This document shows, one piece after another, positions 17,846 to 27,281 of a stretch of DNA of 64,000 nucleotides. The stretch is from positions 1,325-65,324 of the forward strand of contig VGZG01000009.1 of NCBI GenBank assembly GCA_016872675.1, given 5' to 3'. Within the stretch, counting starts at the first letter, position 1; each line of letters opens with the position of its first letter. This DNA comes from Planctomycetota bacterium (GTDB taxonomy: Bacteria > Planctomycetota > UBA1135 > UBA2386). A program made the position numbers and the translations under genes. The notes under the pieces are model-generated. The model worked only from the letters and a program-made list of their open reading frames with translations. It had not been told where the DNA came from and did not search any database.

Positions 17846-19053
17846 AGGCCCAGGTCCTCCGCGCTCGGGATCGGCGCGCCGTCGAACCACTGCGCCAGGA
17901 AGCGCTCCATCAGCGCGTCCGCGTCCTCACCAGTGAGGCGCGACTGCCGCTGGCAGGCGTGCAGCGCCTGGATGCCGCGGCGCAGGCGCGGCTGGCCGTG
18001 GCGGCGGACATTGGCGACGAATCGGTCGGCGAACTGGAACACGCCGCACTTCTGCGGCAGGTCGCGGTCGGACACGCCGGCGTCGAGCATCTGGCGACCT
18101 TCCAGCGCCTGCGCGAACTGGCCGAACAACCAGCTGGTCGCGAACGGCAGCACGCCGGCCGGGTCCATCGCCTTGCCGTCCTTGCTGCGCACACCGCGCT
18201 CGAACATCGCGCGCACCGAACGCCACGCGGCGCGGCGGTCGTCGCCGAGCACGGCCTCGGCCAACTCGAACGGCGTCGAGCCGAAGCTACAGGTCAGCTT
18301 GCCGCGCAGGTCGGCGGGCGCGAGCGGCTTGCGCTTGGGATCGGCGCCGAGCTGATCGCGCAGCCGCTGCAGTTCGGCGAGCAGCTCGGGTATCGCCTTG
18401 CCAACCTGCATGACCAGCAACCACGCAGCGTCGAGCTGCAGCGGCACGCCGAGCTTCTGCGCGCGACCGACCACCCACTTGCACAGTTCGCCCTCGAACG
18501 GGCTGCGCGTGCGATCGAACGGCATGTCGTACAACTCGCGGAACTCGAACAGCGCGCCGGCGTCGGCGAGTTGCTTGAGCAACTGCTGCACGGCCTTCTT
18601 GCGCTTGTCGAGCTTCGGCGCCTCGACGACGAGGCCGCAGCCCTTGCCAAAGCGCGGCAGCGCCGCCGCGACGGCGCCGCCATGGCGCTGCCACCAGCCT
18701 GAGGCGCGGCGCACGACCACGAACGCGGCGCGCGCGAACAGCCCGCCGCCGCGCAGGTCCTGCAACTCAGGGCACGAGGCCGTTGCCGCGTCGGCCGCCG
18801 CGGTCTCGACGCCGCCGTCGCCGTCGTCGTCGCTGCCGCCGTCGTCGTCGCCACCGCCGCCCCCGCCACCGCGCTCGTCGCCGGCGTCGACGAGGCGCAG
18901 TTCCGCGTCCTTCGGCACCGCCGCGACGGCACGGTCGACGGCCTCGGCGCGGAACGGATCGTTGACGCCCGTGACGACCAGCAACGGCGGCAAGCCCTTC
19001 TGCACGAGCTTGCCGAGCCGCGTCAGTTCGTCTTCGGGATTGGGAGCCGCCAT
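17842..19053 (-). CDS. holA: DNA polymerase III delta subunit-like protein (HolA family) with a G/D-rich insertion
   Basis: This is the C-terminal 404 codons of the chimeric track ORF 17842..20301, starting at ATG 19053 (MAAPNPEDELTRL). HolA-like layout (LLVVTGVNDPFRAEAV..., FELAEAVLGDDRRAAWRSVRAMFERG). Low-complexity run DERGGGGGGGDDDGGSDDDGDGG. Confidence 0.65.
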   Translation of the reverse strand: MAAPNPEDELTRLGKLVQKGLPPLLVVTGVNDPFRAEAVDRAVAAVPKDAELRLVDAGDERGGGGGGGDDDGGSDDDGDGGVETAAADAATASCPELQDLRGGGLFARAAFVVVRRASGWWQRHGGAVAAALPRFGKGCGLVVEAPKLDKRKKAVQQLLKQLADAGALFEFRELYDMPFDRTRSPFEGELCKWVVGRAQKLGVPLQLDAAWLLVMQVGKAIPELLAELQRLRDQLGADPKRKPLAPADLRGKLTCSFGSTPFELAEAVLGDDRRAAWRSVRAMFERGVRSKDGKAMDPAGVLPFATSWLFGQFAQALEGRQMLDAGVSDRDLPQKCGVFQFADRFVANVRRHGQPRLRRGIQALHACQRQSRLTGEDADALMERFLAQWFDGAPIPSAEDLGL

Positions 19054-19055
19054 GG

Positions 19056-19934
19056 TCAGGAGGACTGCAGCGGGGCCAGCACGTAGAGGTCGAGGCAGCC
19101 CGCGGCGAGCAACAGGATGGCGATGATGCCGTTGGCGGTGAAGAAGGCCATGTCGATCCGGCGCAGGTCGCCCGGCCGCAGCAGCCGGTGCTGCCACACC
19201 AGCAGGGCGGCGGCGGCGGCGAGGCCGAGCAACCAGCCGGGGCCGAGCGGAGCCATGCGGCCGAAGGCGACGAAGCCGGCGAACGCGGCGGCGTGCAGTC
19301 CGCGGGCGACGTGCATCGCGCCGCGCGCGCCGAGGCGCGCTGGCAGCGAGCGCAGGCCGTGCGCGCGGTCGAAGTCCTCGTCCTGGCAGGCGTACAGCAC
19401 GTCGAAGCCGGCGACCCAGACGGCGACGGCGAGGCCGAGCACGGTCGGCGCCCAGAGCCGCGGCCCGAAGGCGCCGTCGGCGGCGACCCACGCGGCGACC
19501 GGCGCGATGCCGAGCGCGACGCCGAGCCAGAGGTGGCACAGCGCCGAGAAGCGCTTCACGTGGCTGTACGCCAGCAGCCACAGCAGCGTCGGGCCGCCGA
19601 GCCACAGGCAAAGCGGCGACAGCAGCGCGCAGCAGGCGAGGAAGGCCGCGCCGGCGGCGACGACGAGCGCCAACGCCGTGGCCGGCGCGACCGCGCCGCG
19701 CGGGATCTCGCGGCCGGCCGTGCGCGGGTTGGCGGCGTCGATGGCGCGATCGGCGAAGCGGTTGTACGCCATCGCCGCGGTGCGCGCGGCCACGACCGCG
19801 CCGACCACGAGCGCGAGCAGGGACAGCGACGGCCGACCTGCCGTGGCGGTGAGCAGCGCCAGCAGCGCGAACGGCAGCGCGAAGACCGAGTGCGACAGCT
19901 TGACGAGGCCAGCGAGGTCGCGCGCGCCCGTCAT
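19056..19934 (-). CDS. UbiA-superfamily aromatic prenyltransferase (4-hydroxybenzoate polyprenyltransferase or MqnP-like)
   Basis: Polytopic protein with the UbiA motifs NRFADRAIDAANPRTAGR and DVLYACQDEDFDRAHGLRS. Its start forms an ATGA overlap with the ubiX stop. Confidence 0.85.
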   Translation of the reverse strand: MTGARDLAGLVKLSHSVFALPFALLALLTATAGRPSLSLLALVVGAVVAARTAAMAYNRFADRAIDAANPRTAGREIPRGAVAPATALALVVAAGAAFLACCALLSPLCLWLGGPTLLWLLAYSHVKRFSALCHLWLGVALGIAPVAAWVAADGAFGPRLWAPTVLGLAVAVWVAGFDVLYACQDEDFDRAHGLRSLPARLGARGAMHVARGLHAAAFAGFVAFGRMAPLGPGWLLGLAAAAALLVWQHRLLRPGDLRRIDMAFFTANGIIAILLLAAGCLDLYVLAPLQSS

Positions 19935-20599
19935 CGTTCTTCGTCCTCGTCGTACGGCGTCTTCGGCGTCGGCTTCGGCGTCTGCCAGCGGCGCACGATC
20001 GGATGCTCGATGCCGAGCCGGTCGAGGATCTTGCCGACGACGAAGTCGACGACGTCAGCGACCGTCTGGGGCCGGTGGTAGAAGCCCGGCATCGCCGGCA
20101 GCACGACGACGCCAAGGCGCGCGAGGTCGAGCATGTTCTGCAGATGGATCGGCGACAGCGGCGTCTCGCGCGGCACCACCACCAGCCGCCGGCCCTCCTT
20201 GATCGCGACGTCGGCGGCGCGCTCGACGAGGTTGCTGGAGAAACCATGCGCGATGCGCGCCAGAGTGCCCATGCTGCACGGGCAGACGACGACGGCGCCA
20301 ATGCCGGCGCTGCCCGACGACGGCGCCGCCTCGACCGCCGCCAGCGCGTGCACGCGCAGGTTGGCGCGCAGTTCCGCCGGAAACAGCGCAGCTAGGTCTG
20401 GCTGCTGCGGATCGACCGGCAGCCCGGCCTCGTGGCGCAGCACGCGCAGCGCCCCGTCGGTCGCCGACACGTGCACTTCGCGGCCCGATTGCAGCAGGAT
20501 CTCGACGAGACGTAGTCCATAGGCGATGCCGCTGCCGCCAGACCACATCACGGCGAGGCGTTGCGGGGCGTCGGAAGGGGCTCCGGTTTCAGGCGCCAT
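19931..20599 (-). CDS. ubiX: Flavin prenyltransferase UbiX family
   Basis: RLAVMWSGGSGIAYGLRL..., PCSMGTLARIAHGFSSNLVERAADVAIKEGRRLVVVPRETPLS, LPAMPGFYHRP. Confidence 0.9.
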   Translation of the reverse strand: MAPETGAPSDAPQRLAVMWSGGSGIAYGLRLVEILLQSGREVHVSATDGALRVLRHEAGLPVDPQQPDLAALFPAELRANLRVHALAAVEAAPSSGSAGIGAVVVCPCSMGTLARIAHGFSSNLVERAADVAIKEGRRLVVVPRETPLSPIHLQNMLDLARLGVVVLPAMPGFYHRPQTVADVVDFVVGKILDRLGIEHPIVRRWQTPKPTPKTPYDEDEER

Positions 20600-21356
20600 G
20601 AGTCGAGAGGTAGTACCAGAGATCGTAGGTGGTATGCGTGTAGACGCAGACGCCGATGCCGCGCAACCACATCAGCGTGCCGAGCAGGATGCCGGCCATC
20701 GCGCGGTAGAGGAACACGTGGCGGTCGTAGGGTTGGCCACAGGCATGGTGGAACCACGAGAACACCACCGCGCTGGCGACGACGGCGACGACGCCGGCGA
20801 TCCAGGACGGCAACGACCAGGCGCGCAGCGCCTGCATGCCGAGCCACGCCAGCAAGGACATCAGGCCGAGCCGGAACACCAGTTCCTCGAAGATGCCGGC
20901 GCCGAGCGAGCCGACGAGGTTGACCGCGAGCGTCGATGGATCGGCCAGCGCCAGCACGCGCGTCGCCGACGCCGCCATCGCCGAAGCCAGCGGGCCGAGC
21001 AGCAGCGCGTACACGCAGCCCTCGAGCGCGATGACCGCCGCCAAGCGCATCCAGGGCACGCGCCGGCGCACGAGCGACCACGCGGCTGTGGCGATGAGCA
21101 GGCAGAACGCGGCGCTGACGCCGAGGTGGCCGAAGGGGCCAAGCCGATGCATCTGCTGCAGCAGCAGCGCCTCGGCGCCGTTGCGCTCGGCAGGCGACAG
21201 CCACAGCCGCGCGCACTCGTAGATGAGCCACAGCGGCAGGATTGCGAACAGGCCGACGGCGGCGTCGCGTGACCAATAGAAGTAACCGCCCGACGGCGGC
21301 GCGTTCTCCGGCGCGGCGGGCTTCGCCGTCTTGCGCTCAGCCAGCGACTTCACCAC
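20589..21356 (-). CDS. CPBP-family (CAAX-type) intramembrane metalloprotease
   Basis: Polytopic protein with GIFEELVFRLGL and FSWFHH motifs. It overlaps ubiE by 20 nt and ubiX by 11 nt. Confidence 0.8.
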   Translation of the reverse strand: MVKSLAERKTAKPAAPENAPPSGGYFYWSRDAAVGLFAILPLWLIYECARLWLSPAERNGAEALLLQQMHRLGPFGHLGVSAAFCLLIATAAWSLVRRRVPWMRLAAVIALEGCVYALLLGPLASAMAASATRVLALADPSTLAVNLVGSLGAGIFEELVFRLGLMSLLAWLGMQALRAWSLPSWIAGVVAVVASAVVFSWFHHACGQPYDRHVFLYRAMAGILLGTLMWLRGIGVCVYTHTTYDLWYYLSTHGA

Positions 21357-22029
21357 GGTAGATCGCGGCGATGCCGCCGGTGAGCAGGCTCATGCGCGGC
21401 CGCTGTAGGCCGGCCGCCGCCATGAGCGCGAGGAAGTCCTGGCGCTCCGGGAACGCCATCACTGAATCGTGCAGGTACTGATAGGCATTGTTGCGGGCGC
21501 CGGAGATCCATGCGCCCAGGCGCGGCAGCACCTTGCCGAAGTAGCAGCGGTAGAACGCGCCCAGCAGAGGCACGCGCGGTTTGGTGAACTCCAGCACGAC
21601 GACACGGCCGCCGGGCCGCACGACGCGCGCCATCTCGCGCAGGGCCGCCAGCGGGTCGCTGACATTGCGGATGCCGAAGGCGACGGTGGCGAAGTCGAAC
21701 GACGCAGTCGGGAACGGCAAGGCCATCGCGTCAGCGGCTAGGAACCGAGGGGCCTTCGGGTCGGCTCCTGCCTTGGCGCACGCTCGCGCCAGCATCGGCG
21801 CGCAGAAGTCGGCGCCAAGGACCGTGGCCCCGGCGCGCTGCAGCGCGAACGACAGGTCGCCGGTGCCGGCGCAGACGTCGATGCCGCGCTCGCCGGGCCG
21901 CGCGTCGACCATGCGCACGGTGCGACGCCGCCATAGCACGTCGATACCGAACGACAGGGCTCGGTTGGCACGGTCGTAGCCAGGCGCCACTTCGGCGAAC
22001 ATGCGCTGGATCACGGCGCCGTCTGGCAT
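21337..22029 (-). CDS. ubiE: Demethylmenaquinone / ubiquinone C-methyltransferase UbiE/MenG
   Basis: Starts at ATG 22029 inside track ORF 21337..22530. MFAEVAPGYDRANRALSFGIDVLWRR, SAM motif DVCAGTGD, and GGRVVVLEFTKP. Confidence 0.9.
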   Translation of the reverse strand: MPDGAVIQRMFAEVAPGYDRANRALSFGIDVLWRRRTVRMVDARPGERGIDVCAGTGDLSFALQRAGATVLGADFCAPMLARACAKAGADPKAPRFLAADAMALPFPTASFDFATVAFGIRNVSDPLAALREMARVVRPGGRVVVLEFTKPRVPLLGAFYRCYFGKVLPRLGAWISGARNNAYQYLHDSVMAFPERQDFLALMAAAGLQRPRMSLLTGGIAAIYRGEVAG

Positions 22030-22184
22030 GCGCCGATTCTGGGCTGCGCCGAGGCGAACGACAACGACAGGCCTGCGGAAGCGGCCTGGAAACAGCGCGG
22101 GGGCGGCGACCGATCGGCCACCGCCCCCGCTGCACCGCGTCGGCGCGCGCTGCTGGCACGCCGACGGCACTACAGCTGCCAGCG

Positions 22185-25184
22185 CTACTGGCGCCAGTAG
22201 TTGGCGACGACGCGCACGCCCGGCACCGAGATCGTGGCGATCTTGGTCGCGGTCTGTAGTTCGATGACGTCGACCTTGCCGGTGTCCGACATGGCGACGA
22301 ACAACAGGCGCGGGTTGTAGGCCGGGAACGGGCCCGCCTTCAACACGTGCTTGCCCGAGTGCTGCCACGGGGTCGCGGTATACGACGGCGCGAAGGTGCT
22401 GCCCTGGCCGAGCAGTCCGCCGAAGTTGATGAGCTCGTCGCTGCAGAGGTCGATGACCGAGTTGCCGCTGAGCGGCGTCTGGCCCGGGTTGCTCGGCGAC
22501 AGGCCGCCAATGCGCTGGGTGACGGTCCACTCCTTCTGGCGGTACGTCGGCGGCAGGATGAAGCCACCGGCGCTCGGATTGAGCTGCAGGGGACCGTTCG
22601 GCGATGACGTCAGGTTGAGACGGGAGACCTGACCCAGGCCGGCGTCGTCGGTGTGGCCGATGAGCACGCCACCCGGGTTCGAGCTGATGTCGTAGATCAT
22701 CGAGCGCGCGCGCGGGAAGCTGACGTTCGTCACGGCGCCGATGATGTCGTTGAAGCCGATGCCGTTGACGCCGTCAGGGCCTGACTCGTAGATGGCGATG
22801 CTGCCGTTGCCGTTGAGGATGTACGCGTAGTAGACGTTCGACAGGTTGCCGGTCGCCGTGTAGCGCGGCGTCGCGACGATCTCGATCGGCGCGTTCAAGA
22901 AGCCGCCGACCGTGCGTTTGACCGAGAAGTCCAACGCGCTGATGATCGTCAGGAAGTTGGCATCGGTCGAGACGCAGAGGATGTCCTCGCCGTCCGGCTG
23001 CCACGCGACGGCCGTCGGGCCGCTGTCGACGCGCGTCTCGCTGACGACCTGGTGCAACGTCTGGCTCAGCGGGTTGATGTCGATGAAGCTGACCGACGAG
23101 CTGGAGAAGTTCGTCACGGCCAGGCGGGTCAGGTTCGGCGACATCGCCATGCTGACCGGGTCCGACAGCTGGATGGTGTCGATGACCGTGAACCGGTTGC
23201 TGTTCAGCACGACGACCTGACGATTGTCGCGATCGAGCACGTACAAGAAGTGGCCGACCTGCTGGCGCGAGGTGAACGGGCAGAACGGCGGCGGCGGCGG
23301 CGGCGAGGCCGGCGGCGGCTGCGGGCCGACGAACACGCCCATGAAGTTGGTGCCGTAGACGCCGATCTGGTTCTGGCTGCTGCTGAACGGATTGCCGACA
23401 CCGAGTTGGTTCAGACCGACCGGGAGGCACGCCGGCGGACCGGCCGTGACAAGCGCGCCGGGCGGGCCGAGCGACGACTTCACCGCCGGCTCCTCGCCGA
23501 AGATCGCACTGTTCGGATTCGGCGGCGGGAAGACCAGCCGCGGCGGGTTCGGGATCGGCGGCTGCGTGATCGTGTTGCCGGGCTGCACCACGCCCAGCAG
23601 CTGGTTCATCTGGTTGCTGCGACTGGCGTTTCGGTTGATGTTCTCGTTGTTGTAGACGAGGTCGAGCGGCGCGCCGAGGTGAATGTCGGTGACGTCGCCG
23701 ACGATCGGTTCGCGCACGAGGCGCGTGTTGCCGGTCGTGTCCTGCGTCAGCGTCAACACGCCCGCGCCGCCGGCGTCCAGGTTCGACGTGCCCGGCGCCA
23801 TCGTCGGGACGACGCCCGTGACGCCGATGTTCGGGTTGAGCGGCCAACGCGTGTTGGTCAGGTCGCCGGTGCCCTGGCCGAAGCCGTTGAGGTCGATGAC
23901 CGAGACGCCAGGCGCGGCGCCGCCGATGCCGACGTAGATCGCCTCGGGCGCGACCGGCGCGTTGACGATGCCCGGGCCTTCGCCCGTGGTGTACTGCGTT
24001 GTCACTGCCTGGCCGATCGTCAGGCCCGGCAGGCTTGTGATCGTCGTGGTCTGGACCGTGACGTCGACCAGTGACTGGCCCGGCAGCGTGTACGCCGGCC
24101 GGATGATGTAGTTCATCAGGTCGCCGAAACTGACTGGATCGGCGTAGTAGATGACCGGGAAGTTGACGGCGTTCGTCGTGACGTTCAGCGACACGCCGCC
24201 GAGCGGCGGGGTCAGTTGCGTCGTATCGAAGAACGAACCGACCTTACCCGGCTGCACCGGCTTGTTGAAGCGCACCAGGATCGAGGTTTGTGGGTCGACG
24301 CCCGTCTGGCCGTTGCCGGGCGAAATCTGCGGGATCGACGTGTAGCCGAGGACCTCCGGCGCCACCGTGTCCGGACCGACCGTCGTGGCGACGCCGATCT
24401 CCTGCTCCAGGATGTCGTTCTCGCTGTCGCGCACGGCGTTCGTGACGACGATGCGCAGCAGGCGATCTGCGGGGAACAGATCGAGCTGCGTCAGGTCGCT
24501 GTCGTCGTCGGCGACGAAGACGAAAGACTTCCTCGTGACGAGGTCCGCGGCGCCGGGGAAGTTGGGGAAGCCGGCGGCGCGGGCGTCCAGGATGCGGACC
24601 CCCGTGTTCTCGTCGGCCTCGACGGCCTGCACCAACTGCAGCGTGCCGCCGACGTTGTAGTAGGTGAAGCCGTTGACGAAGCCGCGGCCGCGCAGGGTCG
24701 TCGACGTCTCGGTGACGGGGTCGTAGGCGAGGATGGACAGCGAGCCCGTCAGGCCCGAGTTGCCCTGGTCGGCGAGCAGCGGGCTGAGGATCGAGTCGAT
24801 GCGCAGCTTGTGGCTGAACGTGAAGTTCAGGAAGTGATTGCCCGGGTTGCCGTCGGGCAGCACGGCCGTCGTCGGCAGCGTGGCGACCGGCAGCACTTCG
24901 TTGTTGCCCGTCACGTTCGCCTTCAGCGTCGCGTCGCTCTCGATGTTGACGACCGTCGACGTCGGGTTGCCGAACATGTCGGGGATACGGATGCGGTACG
25001 GGTACACGCTGCCGGTGCCGGTGCTGATGCTGACGACCTTGAAGTCGCCGCGGTTGTCCGGGTCCCCCTTCGTGCCGCCGCTGCAACCGGTGAGCGCGAG
25101 AGCAGACAGCGCGAGAACCGACCACGGGACAGATCGACCTGCGGGAGCGGACAGGCTGGGCCAGTGCGAGGGAGATACGTTCAT
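22185..25184 (-). CDS. Very large lipoprotein with an SbsA/Big_5-like Ig domain and beta-propeller-like repeats; function unknown
   Basis: Track ORF 22185..25193 begins at TTG; ATG 25184 gives MNVSPSHW...LSALALTGC (lipobox). Ig-like segment DTVAPEVLGYTSIPQISPGNGQTGVDPQTSILVRFNKPV. Proline run PQPPPASPPPPPPF. YVTN/lactonase-like repeats (LYVLDRDNRQVVVLNSNRFTVIDTIQL, LAVTNFSSSSVSFIDINP). Confidence 0.85.
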   Translation of the reverse strand: MNVSPSHWPSLSAPAGRSVPWSVLALSALALTGCSGGTKGDPDNRGDFKVVSISTGTGSVYPYRIRIPDMFGNPTSTVVNIESDATLKANVTGNNEVLPVATLPTTAVLPDGNPGNHFLNFTFSHKLRIDSILSPLLADQGNSGLTGSLSILAYDPVTETSTTLRGRGFVNGFTYYNVGGTLQLVQAVEADENTGVRILDARAAGFPNFPGAADLVTRKSFVFVADDDSDLTQLDLFPADRLLRIVVTNAVRDSENDILEQEIGVATTVGPDTVAPEVLGYTSIPQISPGNGQTGVDPQTSILVRFNKPVQPGKVGSFFDTTQLTPPLGGVSLNVTTNAVNFPVIYYADPVSFGDLMNYIIRPAYTLPGQSLVDVTVQTTTITSLPGLTIGQAVTTQYTTGEGPGIVNAPVAPEAIYVGIGGAAPGVSVIDLNGFGQGTGDLTNTRWPLNPNIGVTGVVPTMAPGTSNLDAGGAGVLTLTQDTTGNTRLVREPIVGDVTDIHLGAPLDLVYNNENINRNASRSNQMNQLLGVVQPGNTITQPPIPNPPRLVFPPPNPNSAIFGEEPAVKSSLGPPGALVTAGPPACLPVGLNQLGVGNPFSSSQNQIGVYGTNFMGVFVGPQPPPASPPPPPPFCPFTSRQQVGHFLYVLDRDNRQVVVLNSNRFTVIDTIQLSDPVSMAMSPNLTRLAVTNFSSSSVSFIDINPLSQTLHQVVSETRVDSGPTAVAWQPDGEDILCVSTDANFLTIISALDFSVKRTVGGFLNAPIEIVATPRYTATGNLSNVYYAYILNGNGSIAIYESGPDGVNGIGFNDIIGAVTNVSFPRARSMIYDISSNPGGVLIGHTDDAGLGQVSRLNLTSSPNGPLQLNPSAGGFILPPTYRQKEWTVTQRIGGLSPSNPGQTPLSGNSVIDLCSDELINFGGLLGQGSTFAPSYTATPWQHSGKHVLKAGPFPAYNPRLLFVAMSDTGKVDVIELQTATKIATISVPGVRVVANYWRQ

Positions 25185-25557
25185 TGGATGCAAAGCGCCC
25201 TCGGCGGGGCGAGGGTCGTTTGGCGCGGGGACGAATCGGGCCAGAAGGGTCGTAGCACGTTACGCAGACGAGGGTTCCACGCAACGAACTTCTCCTCGCG
25301 GCGGCCGGCCCGCGGCCGCATCGGGGCGCTCTGCCCCTGCAAACGAAGTGCCCGCATGCCGCGGCAGGCCTTGCGGTCGGTGCCGCACGCCCTTCGCGGC
25401 GACTTCGCCCCTGTGGGCGTGCCAGGGTAAGCGCAATCTGGACACCAAGTTGTGGCTCCCGACGAGCGCGCGAATCGACGCCGTCGCGGCGTGCGAAGCC
25501 GCTCGCCCCACCGCTCGGCCGCGCCATCACCCGGTCGCCAGCGCTCTGCCGTCGGGA

Positions 25558-26421
25558 CTACGCCTCGGTGCCGCGCCGGACCCGCAGCCGACGTCGGGCG
25601 CGCTCGGCCCAGCGACTGTTCGGGTCGTAGACCAGGTAGCTCTGCCAGTGGCGCCGCGCCGACTCGAGGTCCCCCACCGCCGCCAGGGCCTCGGCGAGGT
25701 TGTAGTGCGCATCGGCGTAGTGCGGCACGAGGGCCAGCGCGCGCCGCAGCGCGGCGATCGCGCCCGCGCGGTCGCCGCGACTGCCGCGCACGACGCCGAG
25801 ATTGTTCCACGCCTCGGCGTAGTCTGGCGCCAGCGCGACCGTCGCTTCGAACTGGGCCTGCGCGTCGCACCGGCGGCGCAGCGCGTGGTAGCAGTTGCCG
25901 AGATTGAAGTGCGCGTCGGGAGTGCTGTCGGCGAGCGCGCGCTCGTAGTTGCGCACGGCCTCGTCGAGCCGACCGTTGGCCTCGGCGGCGACGCCGCTCA
26001 TGAACCACTCATCGGGGGTTCGCAGCGCTGCGACGCCGCCGGCAGACGCTTTCGGCGCGAAGTCGAACACCTGCTGGCCGCCGGCCTCGAGCAGGCGACC
26101 ATCGGCGGCGCGGATCGTGACGCGCCGGCAACCAAGCGACGCGAGGAGCCCATGCAGTGCTTCGTCTGGATCGGCGACGACAGTCCGCGCGATACGCCAC
26201 GCGCGGGCGATGCGCGCTTCCGACCAGCCCGCGCGCCACAACTGCGCGATGGCACGCGCGCTCGCCGCAGCGCGGAACGGATAGGTCGCGCCGGCGCCGT
26301 CCGCGGACTCGATCGCGCCGCGTTCCCGGAAACGCCGCAGCAGACGCGCGGGCAAGCCACTGCGGTGCGCGAGTTCGACGAGGCTGATCGTCGCGGTCGC
26401 GACGCAGTTGACGCGCCTCAT
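25558..26421 (-). CDS. MerR-type HTH fused to TPR repeats (putative regulator)
   Basis: N-terminal ISLVELAHRSGLPARLLRRFRERGAIES... resembles a MerR HTH. The C-terminal half has TPR units (AHFNLGNCYHAL, AEAWNNLGVVRG, ADAHYNLAEALAA). ATG 26421 chosen inside track ORF ..26451. Confidence 0.7.
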   Translation of the reverse strand: MRRVNCVATATISLVELAHRSGLPARLLRRFRERGAIESADGAGATYPFRAAASARAIAQLWRAGWSEARIARAWRIARTVVADPDEALHGLLASLGCRRVTIRAADGRLLEAGGQQVFDFAPKASAGGVAALRTPDEWFMSGVAAEANGRLDEAVRNYERALADSTPDAHFNLGNCYHALRRRCDAQAQFEATVALAPDYAEAWNNLGVVRGSRGDRAGAIAALRRALALVPHYADAHYNLAEALAAVGDLESARRHWQSYLVYDPNSRWAERARRRLRVRRGTEA

Positions 26422-26528
26422 GGGCGCGCTCCAAGGGCACGAAGTCGCCACGAGCCCAACCGCTTGATCGTGAGACGCATCGAGGACCGGCGCCGCGCGC
26501 GACCGGAGCGCGTGGCGTGCGCGCGAGG

Positions 26529-27281
26529 CTAGCGCGGCGAGCGGCGGCTTGCACGCGCTGACTGCGAACGCGGCGCGAGCGCGAGAAGTCGCTGCGCGAA
26601 GCGCGGGCCGCTGGCTGTCGCCTCATGGCGGAAGAACACGAACGACGGCGCGCGCGCGGCCGCCGCGATGCGCCGCCCCCACGCCGCCAAGGCGTCGTCG
26701 GAGTACGCGCGGCGGCGCAGGCGAACATACTGCCATCCGTACATGGGTTCGGTGGCGTCTGCGTCCGCCGGCGTGTCGTCATCGTCGTGAACGACGCGCG
26801 TCGCGCCATGGCGGACGAGCAGCTCCGCCGTCGCGGCCGAGCCCCACGACGGATGCTCGAACTCGCAGGCACAGCGCCAATCGCGCGGCATCGCCGCCAG
26901 CAACTCGTCGAGCCGCGCCGCGTCGGCGGCGACGTGCGCGGGGAACTGCAGGAAGATGCCGCCGAGCGCGTCGCCGAGCGGCGCCAGCGCCTTGTGCAGT
27001 TCGGCGACGACGGGCGCGGGATCGAATGCCGTCTTGCGCACGGTCAGGGACATCGGCGCCTTCACGGCAAAGCGGAAGCCGACGGGCGCCTGCGCCCGCC
27101 AATCGCGCGCCGCCGCGACGGTCGGCATCCGATAGAACGTATGGTTCAGTTCGACCGCCGGCAGGCGAGCGGCGTACGCCGCCAGCAGGCCCTTGGTCTT
27201 CGTGCCCGGCGGATAGAACGCCGGAATCCACTCGCGGTACGCGAAGCCGCTCGTGCCGGCGAGGATCGCCGGCGCGCTCAC
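26529..27281 (-). CDS. DUF72 (YecE-like) family protein
   Basis: This is the C-terminal 250 codons of the chimeric track ORF 26529..28790. GTSGFAYREWIPAFYPPG, NHTFYRMP and VFFRHE are present. GTG 27281 forms a GTGA overlap with the stop of the upstream fusion gene. Confidence 0.8.
   Translation of the reverse strand: MSAPAILAGTSGFAYREWIPAFYPPGTKTKGLLAAYAARLPAVELNHTFYRMPTVAAARDWRAQAPVGFRFAVKAPMSLTVRKTAFDPAPVVAELHKALAPLGDALGGIFLQFPAHVAADAARLDELLAAMPRDWRCACEFEHPSWGSAATAELLVRHGATRVVHDDDDTPADADATEPMYGWQYVRLRRRAYSDDALAAWGRRIAAAARAPSFVFFRHEATASGPRFAQRLLALAPRSQSARASRRSPR

Noticed and set aside
17842-20301. Very long track ORFs taken at face value as single proteins (17842..20301, 26529..28790, 31510..33573, 32712..36392, 40369..41955, 42486..44096, 44341..45945, 45523..47691, 50289..52166, 51050..52690, 55157..56680, 58849..60873, 60810..62660)
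   Set aside because: In each case only the 3' part has protein-like composition and family motifs. The 5' part is arginine-rich read-through, in another frame, of the neighbouring real gene. An internal ATG or GTG sits exactly at, or next to, the upstream gene's stop codon.
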